Source: Octopus sinensis (lineage: Eukaryota). Taken from it: a DNA stretch of 64,000 bases. Made by a program: the position numbers and the translations under genes. Below, in pieces: positions 1-59,529 of this stretch (positions within the stretch are counted from its first letter, which is position 1; each line of letters opens with the position of its first letter). The notes beneath the pieces were generated by a model. The model searched no databases and was not told the DNA's origin. It saw only the letters and a list, made by a program, of their open reading frames with translations. Where the stretch lies: assembly GCF_006345805.1 (NCBI RefSeq), contig NC_043001.1:40548001-40612000 (forward strand), in the 5' to 3' direction.

Positions 1-200
1 TCCTACATATTGAGCAGGGCCATTTACCTGACAGAAAGAATTTTATCTTCTTTTTTACTAACAACAACTTTTGATTTTTGCTTGGTTAACTTAAAGCCCT
101 TTGATTCCAGATTTTGTTTTCATACCTGGAATTTCTTTTATCAATAAATGCAAGATGGCCATAGATAAAATTGCTGATTTAAAACTATATTTGATGAGTG
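1..200 (-). mobile_element. Degenerate RTE RT fragment
   Basis: Minus strand reads ...ESKG...SGKWPCSICR, homologous to 22750-22880. Confidence 0.65.
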
Positions 201-2238
201 ACCTCTATGCTTCTGGTCTCTACAAGCGAAACTTATTTCTGCTTTAACAATAACAAGATCAATAATTATTACATTGTTGCCTTCTTGTGATGGTAGATGT
301 CATTCAATGATATCTACTGACTTACTGAGTACAGTTCATTCCTGTATGTGATGACACTCACTATAATTGCTTTCTTACACTGATACATGACCACCCTTTC
401 ATAGGGAGTGGAGGAGTCTCTAATTGATTCGCTTATTTTATCCATCTTGAGAAGAATAAAAGGCAAAGTCAATCAGAATGGGACTTTCACTTAATACAGC
501 TAAATACTGCAAGGTATTTAGTCTGTTGCTGATTCTCCACTGATCTATTACATAACTTTATTTGCTTGGGTGTCCTATGGGACGACCTAGATGAGATGAG
601 AGATTATTTGCTAGCATTACAGAGCACAAATGTTTCTTGAGTAAGAACTAGATTCTTTTATTCTTTTACTTGTTTCAATCATTTGTGGCCATGCTGGAGC
701 ATTGCCTTTAAAGGGTTTTCAGTCAAATAAATTGACCTCAGGATTTATTCTTTGTAAGCCTTAGTACTTGTTCTATCGGTCACTTTTGCTGAACTGCTGA
801 GTTATGGGGACAAATACACCAGCATCGATGTCAAGCATTGGCAGGGGGACAAATAGAGACATGCACATGGACCTCTCAGAGGCAATGACATTTGAACGTT
901 GGGCCTTATGGAGGCATTGACTTGTGACTGAGACCTTTGGTGATATGCCATGCTTGAGAAGACCTATCAAGCCAAGTGAAATCATAGTTGTGGCTGTTGT
1001 TGGTGTTATATAACTGGTACCTGTGCTAGTGGTATGTTAAAAATAGTTTTTGAGTGTGGGTCTCCGAGTCAATGTGGCCAATGCTGGTGTCACGTAACTA
1101 GCACTGGTGCCGCAGGCATGTGAAAAGCACCTTTTGAGCACTGGGCCTTATGGTGGCAATGACAAATGACTGAAACCATTGGCAATATGCTACAGTAAAT
1201 ATATCTGAAAGAATATTCATACCAAGAGAAAGATAAACACAACAAGTGATTCAATTAATCTCAACCACGAGAGGCAACGTCTTGGTATGGAACTCTTACA
1301 CTCCGTGTACCTCATAAACGGTAAATCAATTATCTGTCTTGAGTTCTAGTTCTTCTAAGAACTACCTTAAGCCATCTGCTACTACCTGTTGCTATGCTGA
1401 TACCAACAACATGAACTATGAACCAAATTCCATTGTTAATTCTATAGTCAGTACCTTTTATGCCTCACGAACACACAGACACAAAAAGATGCTAACACTT
1501 ACGAACTCTTAAAATTTACACGATTGTAAAATATGTAAAATAAATAATGTATATGTCTCAAAAAGAAACCTTGTTGTCATTCCACTTGTGTTCTATTGCC
1601 GCTGTATGTATTATCTGGTCAGTAATAATTCATTAAGAGTGGGATCGCGTGCGATTGTATTCCCTATACGATACGACCGCATGTGCTCCTATTCTTATAA
1701 AAAGATGACCCATCAAGCCAAGTGAAATCAGTTGTGACAGATAATGGAGTCATGCAACTGACACCTGTGCTGGAGGCACATAAAAGCACCCATAACACTC
1801 TCAAAGTTTTGGTGTTAGGAAGGGTGTTCAACTGTAGAAACCAGGCCAAATCAGACTGAAGTCTGATACAATCCCTCAGCTTACCAGCCTTGGTCAAATT
1901 GTTCAACCATGCCAGCATGGACAATGGACACTAAATGATGATGACAACGACAGGCTTTTTTCAGTTTCCATCTACTAAATTCACTCACAAGGCTTTGGTT
2001 GGCCCTTGGGTATAGTAGAAGACACTTGCCCAAGGTGCCACATGGGACTGAACCTGGAGCTATGTGGTTGTGAAACAAGTTTCTTATCACATAGCAATGT
2101 GAATTTTCTGAGTAAGTATTGTGATAGCCACCTCATAGGAGTATGAAGGAAATGTATAAATTGATATATACATAAACCACTAAGATTGAACACAATAGAA
2201 GTCTTTTTTTATGAAAGGTAAAACATATGTTGACTTAC

Positions 2239-48517
<46,279 letters not shown>

Positions 48518-48689
48518 TTTTCTTTTTTCTTTTTCTTGTTAATTATTTCAGTATATTAAAACTATAATAACTTTCCCGTATACAAAATCAAGGTACTTGT
48601 CTATTGTCGTGGTCCCGGTTTCGCACACGCGAATTCGCGCGCGCGCGCCAGACGTAGGTACTCGATACTCGAGATCCTACGAGGTGACT

Positions 48690-48723
48690 TGCGCATGCGC
48701 AGTGCAGAATTCGCGCATGCGCG
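48690..48723. promoter_or_regulatory. NRF1/EWG-type palindromes (TGCGCATGCGCA and CGCGCATGCGCG) about 170-205 bp upstream of the ACSM ATG
   Basis: Exact YGCGCAYGCGCR match at 48690-48701 in a CpG-rich patch; mirrored at 49756-49789. Function is inferred. Confidence 0.5.
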
Positions 48724-48767
48724 TTAACCCCCTCCCTAAAAAAAAAAGGTGTTGGATTTCACTAAAA

Positions 48768-48811
<44 letters not shown>

Positions 48812-49046
48812 CATTTTCAATTTTACACAAAAAAATTACATAGTCGCTTTCCTCGCGGATTTACAGATAAATGAATTAATTCTTGAAAATTAATTAATAT
48901 TAATAATATTTTTTGAACAAAGTAAATAATTTATAAAACTTGGTTAATAATTTTTTTTACACAAACGCGAACGTATATAATTTGTGAAACTTTTTTTTTT
49001 TTTACAGACGTATATAATTTGGTAAACTTAATGAATTAATTTCTTC

Positions 49047-49470
49047 TCATCATCATCATCGTTTAACGTCCGTTCTCCATGCCAGCATGGGTTGGATGGT
49101 TCGACCGGGGATCTGGGAAGCCAGAAGGCTGCACCAGACTCCAGTCTTATCTGGCAATGTTTCTACAGCTGGATGCCCTTCCTAACGCCAACCACTCCGA
49201 GAGTGTAGTGGGTGCTTTTTACATGCCACCCGCACAGGTGCCAGGCGAGGCTGGCAACGGCCACGGTCGGATTGGTGCCAGTCGAGGCGGCTCTGGCATC
49301 GGCCACGATTCCGATAGTGCTTTTTACGTACCACCAGTCCAGGGGTCCTGGCATTTGCCGGGTGCCACACTTGCCCCAACATGTCTTCGCAAGCAAAGGG
49401 GGTTGGCATGGGTGCCTGTCGTGGGATGAGGTTCGATATCAACTTCGCTTGCCTCAACAGGTCTTTGTGT
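49047..49470 (-). mobile_element. RTE 3' UTR/short RTE-tailed repeat (representative; others at ~830-1195, 1700-1950, 32625-33110, 41590-42125, 43580-44240, 51040-51225, 62800-62960)
   Basis: Shared CATCATC-GTTTAACGTCC...CTGGATGCCCTTCCTAACGCCAACCACTCCGAGAGTGTAG core; the same sequence follows the RTE ORF at 20235-20640. Confidence 0.85.
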
Positions 49471-49954
49471 ATAAATGTATAAATTTTTCGCACAAGTTTT
49501 ATAAATTATTTACTTTGTTCAAAAAATATTATTAATATTAATTAATTTTCAAGAATTATTTAATTTATATAATTAATTCATTAATTTTATTCTGTAAAAT
49601 AGTAATTAATTCATTTATCTGTAAATTCGCGAGGAAAGCGACTATGTAATTTTTTTGTGTAAAATTGAAAATGTTATATATACACACACACACACACACA
49701 CATATATATTTTTAGTGAAATCCAACACCTTTTTTTTTAAGGGGGGGGGAGTTAACGCGCATGCGCGAATTCTGCACTGCGCATGCGCAAGTCACCTCGT
49801 AGGATCTCGAGTATCGAGTACCTACGTCTGGCGCGCGCGCGCGAATTCGCGTGTGCGAAACCGGGACCACGACAATAGACAAGTACCTGACTTTCGAGTT
49901 TACGTTTCCAGTTTCACTATGTTTCACTATGTGCTGCCAGCGAAGATGTTTTTC

Positions 49955-50200
49955 TTATTATTTATTCTTATTTTTACCCTTCGAAAGCAGTGTATGGTAA
50001 TGGCTTGTCTGTGTGTTTGCAAAATTACTGGAAAACGGCAGAACGGATTTTCACCAAATTTTGCAGAAATACTCATTGGGTGAATGGCTAGAAATGATGA
50101 AAATTTTGTTTTGATTATCTTCAAAACTGGCGGACGATGAATCAAAATGTTTTGGCTGTGCAGATTTTTTGCAAAAGAATTTATGTGCATGCAGGGTATA
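49955..50200 (-). mobile_element. HINE-like fragment
   Basis: TGTCTGTGTGTTTG...AACGGATTTTCACCAAATTTTG pattern typical of HINE elements. Confidence 0.45.
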
Positions 50201-50424
50201 CATCATTTTGGCATGTTCTCATCATAAGAATTTATTACTAGTACATAAAAACATGAATTACGTCTATAAAATACTATTATCTCTCACCAAATGAAGTACT
50301 TCTTTTTGTTGATCTTACCATCACAGAACTGTATGCAATGTGTGTGTGTGTGTGTAAAAAGGTTGATTTAGATTCGTCCTATGATTTAGAGGTTTCCAAA
50401 AACAGATTTCTAATATATATATAT

Positions 50425-52148
50425 ATATAATTGGTCAGTTGTTCATAAGCCTGGAAAAGAATTACTCAAAAAAATTTGTTTTGATCAAGAATATTTTATG
50501 TAGTTGCTGGTTTGGTTTCATGTCTATTATTGTACTTAGGAATACAGGCGAATCATCAGATATGCTGGCTGGAGGTACATAATGCTGATACTAATGAAGT
50601 TAAGGATACACTTTTGGGCAGCTTGGTGTTGAAAAAAAATGAAATAAAATCTTTTCAAAGCAAAACCTTCTTCTGAGGTCTATCACCTTTGAACAGTTCA
50701 AATTGTGTTTGAAAAGGGTCAGTTCATATATTTTCTGTTTACTAGTCAGCAAACAGGAAAATCTACATTTCCAACCCAAATTTTTTATCATAAGGGCACT
50801 AACTAAAAACTTCACTTTTTGAATTTAAGAAGGCTGTTGGATCAAGCAAGTTTTTAGGATCTTTATCCTCTCAGCCAAAGTTTGCATTATCAGCTTCCAT
50901 TTAATCCTGTATGACCATTCTCTCATCTTTTAAATTCTATATATAATTTAGGCAATTCTATAATATTGTGCCTCTCTAGGACTTGTGTTTATTTAGTTGC
51001 AGTTTAAAAGGGCTTTCCATTGCTCCAACATATTTTCATGAATGTGTGTCAGTAGCATGTAAAAAACACCCATTACACTCTTGGAGTGGTTGGCGTTAGG
51101 AAGGGCATCCAGCTGTAGAAACCATGCCAAATCAGACTGGAATCTGGTGCAGCTATCCAGCTTACCACTTCAGTAGAAACCATTTAACACATGCCAGCAT
51201 GGAAAGCAAGCACTAAATGGTGATGTTAATGTGTCCCTATGTTGTTGGTGCTGGCGTTGTTGTAGCTACTGCTGGACATCATCTTTGCCTCATAGACCAC
51301 AGCCTTGGAGTTGCATTGACCATCTACCGGGCACTCACTATTAACACAACATGAGCATCCTGCCACTGCATGGGGTTTAAGGGTATTCAATAAAATCTTT
51401 TTTTATACTGGGCACACAGTTGTGTCTATTAAATGAATGTCCATATGTATAGGATTGCGTGTAATGCTTATCTACTACTCTAAGGAAGCTTCTTCCCACA
51501 CAGGTTTTAACACTGAGTGAGAAGGGTGAGCCAAATCAAAAGACCTTACAGTGGCACTTTCTTTCATAGGCGTTAGGTCTTAGTATATAGGAGATACAGT
51601 CCCTAAACCTGCTAGGTGTCAAAGCTGTGTTGTAACGAGAGACCGCAGTATCAGAAATGTCTTTATTCAAGGACAGGTTTGATATACTCTTACTAAAACC
51701 CTTCACCACAATAAGTGGGTGGAAGGTGATTGTGTTAATATACAACAACCTGGATTGTGGTAGGGCCTATATGAACAGGTATCCAAATCAAGTATTCTTA
51801 AATTCAAAAAGTAAGCTTTTAGTTGGTGCCTTCATGACAGAAAATTTGTTTTGGAAATGTTGGCTTTCCGGCTTGCTGACTAGTGAACAGAAAATATTCA
51901 TAAACTGACCCTTATTGACACAATTGGGATCATTAAAAGGGAGGTAACTTTGTGTCTCTCAGAAGGAATTTTCACTTTGAAAAATTTCTTTTTAGGGTTT
52001 TTTCACCACAAAGCTGACCAAGACTATATACTTACCGTCATTAGTAAAGAGGTTATGTACCTCCAGTCAGTAAGTCTGAGGAGTTGTCTATATTGCTAAG
52101 CGCAATAATGGTAACTTCCTGACTGGTCATAAACAATGACTACATAAC
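50425..52148. mobile_element. Old DNA element with at least 350-bp inverted termini (homologous copy ~6838-8600)
   Basis: About 50500-50850 is a diverged reverse complement of about 51775-52148; no recognisable ORF. Confidence 0.6.
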
Positions 52149-52408
52149 ACACACACACACACACACATGACGGATGCTGAAAGTTTCTGGCTTGAAGAGT
52201 ATCACGAAAGGCTTGGTTGGAGGTCCAACCTTCCAAGTTCTTTTTCATGGCTTCATGGAAAACTGAAGGACTGCTGCAATAAGTGTGTGAATCTGAGAGG
52301 GGAATATGTTGAATAAAATCATAATTAACTGATCCTCCTGTATTTTCTTTCACTCAAAGCCAGGAACTTTTCAGTACCCTCTTGTATACACATACATAGA
52401 GAGAGAGA

Positions 52409-52451
<43 letters not shown>

Positions 52452-52477
52452 TTAATCATTAAAATTAATCTAGTTAC

Positions 52478-52558
52478 CTGTAAGTTTATTCCAGGGGAAG
52501 CCTTTCCCATTGATCCAATCTTCTTTTCAAGGAAAGGATAATTACCACAGAGAAATGT
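52478..52558 (-). pseudogene. Copy B exon 11 (TFLCGNYPFLEKKIGSMGKASPGINLQ)
   Basis: Near-identical to 9228-9308 including flanking intron; AG/GT retained. Confidence 0.88.
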
Positions 52559-54002
52559 CTGAAAGAAGCAAATGTCTCTTTGTCATAATTACACAAGAAA
52601 AATAAGAAAATTAAAAGAATATATATTCTACTGAAATGTTGAAAATTCATAGAATTAAATTTCTCTTTTGTATAGCCTATACTACGTATTTTGAAAGTAA
52701 ACCTTTGAATTCCCATTATTTGTGTCAATTGATAGCCAACTCTCGGTGTGTTTGGGCCTGCCTACTTGTGTATGTGAAGACTAGATCTGGCAGACTCTGC
52801 TGAAGAAACCTTCATGGCTCAACAGAGAGGAAAGCAGCTGTAGCAATGCATTGCAGAGTGTAGGGAGCAGGATGAAACAAGCAAGACATCTTAGTCATCT
52901 ACTGCATCCAGTTCCACCCACAATTATCTTGACCTGCTCTTACCACAGGATTGAAAATAGTTACAGATGAGGTTGATGGTGTACAACTGTTCCTCAATTT
53001 AAACAAACCCATTGTGAAAGCCATCAGGATGGCCAGATGGTCATCATCACCTTGATGGATGATCATACATATCATTATGGTGGTGGGAATAACTGGGATG
53101 AAAATTAATAAAATTAGGTTACACAAATTTTAGTTGTTACATTGACAGCAAAAGTTTTGTGAAATTTTATCTGCACAATAAAAACCAGCAGAAGTTATTG
53201 ATAAACAAACTAAATTGTGTGTATGTATGTATGAGAATGTATGCTGAAATATATCATTATACTGTTTGAGTTTTCCCTTGGTTATTAATTTATGAGTAAA
53301 CAGTAAACCCATGAATTCGCTTGTAAATTCAAAAGGAAGAGTAAATAAACATTTTCTTTTTCTTATCCTATGTAGTTATCTACTTTGCAATTGCATGTTC
53401 ATTGTGTCTTGAAAGTATAATATTGACTTGAATCCAACAGTGAAAACTATCTAGACACTCATTTGCTATAAATTGCTTCTGCTGCTTGTAACAGTGTAGT
53501 CCATCTGTTAGATCTGAAGTAGGCAGTAATAGGATATGAAGAATTAACTCACTTGTCTGATATTTTAGGAATCCTACTTTTTTCCTAAGGTTTTAGTCAG
53601 GAAGGAAGAGTAGTGCCCAGCATGCTTTACAGAGCCTCCAAGACTGGTTGAAGGGAGAAAGACGGTATCCCCAAACCAGAGGCCAGTATATTTGCAACAG
53701 AGTGGACTCTGCTAAGGGTTCCTGAAGACCAGGTGGTTGTGTTAAACTGGGCGATGAACTCTACAACAAAATTTGATCTCAGAACACAAAGAACTGGAAT
53801 AAATACTACAAGGTATTTCCTCTAATACAATAATGTTTTCATCAATCCAATACTTTAGATGAATATTTAATTTACTGACCTTAGGAAGATCAACAGCAAA
53901 GTCGACTTTAGTGGTGATTCGAACTGAGAAAAGTGTCAGAATAAATACTGCCAGGAAGTTTTATCTCGCAGTTCTGGCAATTTACTATCCCTAGAAATGT
54001 TA

Positions 54003-54004
<2 letters not shown>

Positions 54005-54097
<93 letters not shown>

Positions 54098-54127
54098 GTG
54101 GGAGGGAGGGAGAGAGAGAGAGAGAGA
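54005..54127. repeat. (GA)n microsatellite
   Basis: Directly visible. Confidence 0.95.
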
Positions 54128-56069
54128 AAAAAAGAGATATTTATGGGTTGGATGAAAATCTAAATTCTCTTGGTAAACCTTTGCTATTGAAAAACACACA
54201 TTTGTGTACATGTTTACATTTGTTTTTGTGTACCTTCAAGTCAACCCTGATTGAACAGACTTATGATCAAAGTCATTCTAGCTAAAACTATTTTGCCTTT
54301 TAAGAGCTATCTAGATCTAGCACTACATTATCTTATGTGCCATTTTCCTTATTTAGCCTTTTGGACACCAACCTGCCAGAAATTGCCCCTGGTTTTTTAA
54401 TACAAACTTAATTTTTTTTAAATGATCTAAATCAAAACCTTATGTCAAAATTTCAGGTTGATTTAGGTTCCAAATATCAGCTTAAAAAAACAGTTATTTT
54501 ACTAAATTCTTTATTATTTTCAAAATTAACTGCTTATTTTCACAGAAATAGAGTAATAATAGGATTAAGATTGTAGGCTTTATATTATATTCATTGATAG
54601 GGGTGTTGAAATCTTTCCTTTGTTTGCCATCAATCTGTTATTGTATATAATAAATGAATTACTTTTATGCAATATCAAACTTTTGCTGAAAGGGAGAAGT
54701 ACTTTCATATTTTGTTGAAATAAGAATGCTCTTTTTATGAGGTTCTATTACATCTAAAGAAGGGCCTGGGGTGATTATGCAAGCTTTATTGCTAAGAATA
54801 TGATGGAAGTGGATCTGTTGGCTCTGTTTTGGGTGTTACGCAACAACTCTAATATTATTGATTAAATCCACTCCAGTACCTGACTGGTACTTTATTTCAT
54901 TGACTTTGGAAGTTGTATAAAAGGCAAAGTTGACACTAACAGGATTTGAGTGATAAATCTAAATATTGTAATGTAATTAGTTCAGCAACGAGCTACTTTG
55001 CTCTACTGGCAGGAAAGAAAGTAGAAAAGAGTTCAATATTGTAAAAGTCATTACATCTACAGAGAGATTCATGCATGACACTGACAATAGGACATTGCTC
55101 AGGAGATATTTCTGAATGCTATTCTAGTTTCACCAATATCAGTTGTTTTAGCAAAGACCTGTTAGTTTAATATCAAATGCTATTTTGATCCAACGCTATC
55201 TGGAACCTTATCTGCTACAGAATGGTAATTGAAGCTAAATATTCTGATGTGTGCAAATACACAAAGCAATATTTAATTCATTTAATTGGCTTTGGCTTAT
55301 TGATTTTTTTTCTCCATTTACTAATTAAATTGTTTTGTTAATCCTCCACAACTAATGCAATAGAAACAACCAACACAAAACAACACTTCTGAGTTATATT
55401 AATACATAAATATTTACAGAATTCAAGATGTCCAAGCTTTAATGATTATCTTAGACGTGCCTTATGATTGATTTGATAATTTAGTATGTTGTCATGAAAT
55501 AGCAATTATTATTACTTGGAAGTAACACTTATGTTTAAACCATACATTCATCTGCTATTTACCATTTATATTGTTTTAACCATTACATATTAGTTTCAGT
55601 AGTCAGTATAGATAGAACTATGATACAGTTAAAAAAAAAAGAAAGAGGAATATTCAATATTTTCCTGAATGGTGTTAAGCTCAACAATTTGGTTTCAATT
55701 CTTGGCTGGAATTATATCACTTCACTTCATATTACAAGGGGTAGCTGAAAGTTTCATTGGTTGACCAAGATGCTGGGATATGCTAATAGCATTGGCTGTT
55801 TAATTTGTAGTCAGCAGTGTTAGGGGAAGAGAATATCGCTAATGCAGAGCAATGGAAGAAGAGGTATGAGAGATTAAATGAAGAGTGCGGAGAACAGGGA
55901 TGAACTGTCGAGTATTACCAGCTGGCAAGAAAATGGCGACATTATTTAAAAGGTTTGCATTTTTGAGCTCAGAGCTGAGAAATGTAATAAAGAGGAAAAG
56001 GAGGCAGTTGACAGAGCCAGCTTCTGTATATAGTTCCAGACCTGTTCCCTTCTTCCATTGGCTAAGAGA

Positions 56070-58305
56070 ATTTATTTTGTGGCATACCAAATAAAAATCT
56101 TAACAAAATTGAATACACTTTATCACTATGAATAAAAATAAATAAATTTTTATTATAGTAACAATAAAATAACATTGTTTTATGAACATATAATATGTAT
56201 ATATATAGGTAATATAGTACAATAATAATGTTTTTAGTGAGAAGGAAGCAACTGATTTTGAGAAAGAATTTTGTCAAAATGCTGCTCTAAATTAGGTAAA
56301 CAAATACGTAACTCCTCATCTACCATCTGTAATCATTCTCGATTTTTTGAATTCATTTTCATAAGCACAGAGATATCATTATTCAAAGGGCAACAGAAAT
56401 TTAATAGCTGTAGTAGCTAATGGAAGATATTGGCTCCAAAGCGAAATCCAAAATTTTGACAATTCTAGCACAGGATTGTTTTTCAAGTCTATTAAATTTT
56501 CTTTTGTTAATGTTAATGGCAGGTATGTACTGACATATCTTGTGAAAGGATTGATGACCCACTCGTACATTTGATAATCAAGTGATGGAAAATACTTAGA
56601 AAATGATACAGAGAGGTTTTCTACTGTCTTCTGCACTTCTGACAAAATTTTTAATGTGTTTGGAAAAGCCTCTATGTCTGGGCAATAATCAAGCTGCGAG
56701 GTTTTAACTTTCCTTATCCACAGTTCTAACTTGTTGGTGAAAGACTTTAATTTGCCTGTAATTGTAATAATATTTTCGTTTGCTCCTAGCAGACTCAAAT
56801 TTAAAATGATCAACTTCTCAAAAAAAAAAATCGTTGAGAAATGCTACTTCCAGCCACCAATTATTATCGTTATATAAATTGAAATCCAAAATTTTCAGCA
56901 TTGAAGAAACATTATTTCAGTTCACAAAGAGATAAATTGAGAGAGCACTTTTTCTTTCAAGAGCCATCACACTTCTGTATGAAGCAATAAACACTTAAAA
57001 TCAGAATCCATAGTTTCACATAGGGATGCAAGAAGTCTGCACCATAGGGAATGCGATTTTATGTAATTCACTACTTTAACAACGTTGTCCATCATCATTA
57101 GGAGACTATCAGGTAGAGATTTTAATACCAAAACTTTGTGGTGAATTATGCACTGTACAAGTTTAACTTCTGAATTTTTTGTAATACATGAGCCATAAAG
57201 CCTTTTTTTTTTTTTGACCCTGCATGCAAACACTAATACAAGTTTGCCACTGTATCCCTCTCAATACAACATTTTGGTTTACCAGGTTAAAGACATCTTC
57301 AATTCATAACAAAAGAAAAACTGACTTATGATTTTACCACCTCTGATGATTCACAGAAATGAAATTAGTTGAGCTTTGTTGCTGATGTCTGTACTTTCAT
57401 CGATTTATAAGTCCCACAAGTTTTCGAGTTCATCTTTTGCTTCAGTGAAAAGTTTGCAGAGCTGATCATCAATGTCTCATGAAATGTCTTGAATTTTACG
57501 AGAAATCGTATGGGCAGACAAAGGAATGGTCTTAATTTGTTAGACGGCTTCATCACCAATATTTGTGCCGACAATGATCTCCAAGGCTGGTAAAATAATG
57601 TTTTTGGCATCAGAGTGTGGTTTTTTTCTTCTTTGCCAGAAGCTGGGCAATCTTGTAACTAGTGATTTGAACTTTCTTGGGAATTGAGTGAAATTTCCTC
57701 AGCTTTTTTGATTGAATTTTAAGATTATTTTTTAGCATCTCAAAGTATTCTATTGGTTTGTCCTTATGTTGCAGATGATTTGTTATCAAATGACATTGAA
57801 GTTTACTGGGAACCATCGCTTCATTGTTGTCTTTTTCTGATAGTATAAAACCATATTGGATGTAATATTCATTATATTTTCATTTTGATGAGGTGGACTT
57901 TTTATTCTGGTGTTTGTCTTGTTTGCTATGACCCTCCTTCCTTTTCTGAGGTCTTAATAAAAATTTGTCCTTGTTTAAATCTAGAGCTAAAAGTTGATTA
58001 AAATTAATATAAAATAATTTATATAAATTATAAATAAATAAAAAATTAAAAACTACTAGGACTACTAAACAATTTACTTACATACAATCCCAGTTTAAAT
58101 ACAGAAATGTAACATATTGTTGCAAAACTGCTGATCGCCATGTAACATAATTAATTTGTATTTACTGTATTTTACAATTTATATAATTGATTTATATTTA
58201 TGCTCAAACTTTGCAAATGTTCTAGGATCGTTGTTTCCTGAAAATCCCCAAAATATCTTTCATGGCACTCCAGGAATCTCTTGTGGCACAGTTTAGTAGA
58301 CACTA
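56070..58305 (-). mobile_element. hAT transposon relic, Buster/Charlie/SPIN (ZBED5/SCAND3-like) clade
   Basis: BED-like MVPSKLQCHLITNH, IDESTD (first catalytic D), CIIH (CxxH), LLHTEV.W; 5' terminus TAGTGTCTACTAAACTG at 58305; many stops and frameshifts. Confidence 0.9.
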
Positions 58306-58931
58306 GTCTAACAAATCCACTCACAAGGCTTTGGTTGACCTGAAGCTACAGTAGAAGACAGTTGCCCAAGGTGCCATGACTGAATCTGGAACCATGTGGT
58401 TAGGAAGCAAGCTTTTTACCACTCACTGAGTAAATTTAATATTTGTTCAATTTAAAAGTGACCATCCTACTCTGGTAAAATTGATAATCTGGTAAGGCTT
58501 TGCAACCAAAGGCTTTGGAAGATCAATGTTGTGCATGTTTTATACAATGTTGTTGTTGTTATTGTCTACCCCTAACTTTATCTTGACCATCCTAGACATA
58601 ATATAATCAAGACCATAAGGTGGCAAGCTGGCAGAAACGTTAGCACACTGGGCAAAATGCTTAGCAGTATTTTGTCTGTCTGAGTTCAAATTCTACCAAG
58701 GTCGACTTTGCCTTTCATCCTTTCAGGGTCAATAAAATAAGTACCAGTTGTGTACTGGGTCGATCTAATCAGCTTATTATATACAGTATTCAGGACATGT
58801 AATGATTCTTACATAAAAACAAAAGAGGGAGACTTACTTTAATAATGATTATCTGAACATCAATGTAATTGTGATATGAGACAGTGTATATGTGTGTATA
58901 CATGCATATGAACAACAACATAAAGTAATAG

Positions 58932-59305
58932 CTAACAAGAGCACTCAGAGAGCACAGACCCCTACCAAGGTAACACCAACATCCTCTCAATGATTAGCTA
59001 GAGATGGTTTTCAAAATGAGAATATCTGAAATAAACTCAACTGTTCTCACAAACGAGAATACTAAAAATGAACCCGACCACTCTCAAAAATCAAATAAAA
59101 AATCCGGAAAAATAATCCAGAATCCTTGTCTGGTACCAGATTGATCTCCAAATTTAATCAGTTCGTGCCAGTCATGGGGCCAAATATCCCTGAAAGTTTC
59201 ATCCAAATCCATCCAGCTGTTCTTGAGATATCTTGTCCATGGACAAAAAAACAAACAACTATGACTGAAAACAATACCTCTGCCTTCGTTAAGGCGGATG
59301 TAAAA
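58932..59305 (+). mobile_element. Helentron-associated non-autonomous element (HINE-like)
   Basis: AACAAGAGCACTCAG start, AAAGTTTCATCCAAATCC core, 3' AAAACAATACCTCTGCC-TTCGTTAA-GGCGGATG hairpin; absent at the homologous copy-A site (~29.9 kb). Confidence 0.7.
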
Positions 59306-59529
59306 TATGCACATGTATGCGCGCACACACACACATGTAGGCATGCATGTACACACACAGACACACACACTTAGCTCAATTCCCTTTCTAATCAATTGGA
59401 CAACTCTTTCTAAATTTTTCATAACTTGAGACAACAGTGTGATACTTCTGTAATATCATCTGTATAGTGCATCAGCTATATCTTTGTAGAAATTGACAAT
59501 AATGCTACTATGCCTGGCATTTGGTAGTA

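Larger units (their letters stand above)
48591..49888. mobile_element. Foldback/MITE-like element with about 350-400 bp inverted arms, containing an RTE-tail insert
   Basis: 48591-48942 is the reverse complement of 49493-49888, near-identical in the outer ~150 bp; no TSD found. Confidence 0.75.

Noticed and set aside
241-260. IVKA on the minus strand as the next ACSM exon (VVKAFVVL)
   Set aside because: The following residues do not match and there is no suitable acceptor; terminal exons are presumed to lie left of the window.
48597-50083. ORFs of 71-142 aa across the promoter-proximal inverted repeat
   Set aside because: They are mirror-image ORFs from GC-rich arms and microsatellites, with no domain similarity.
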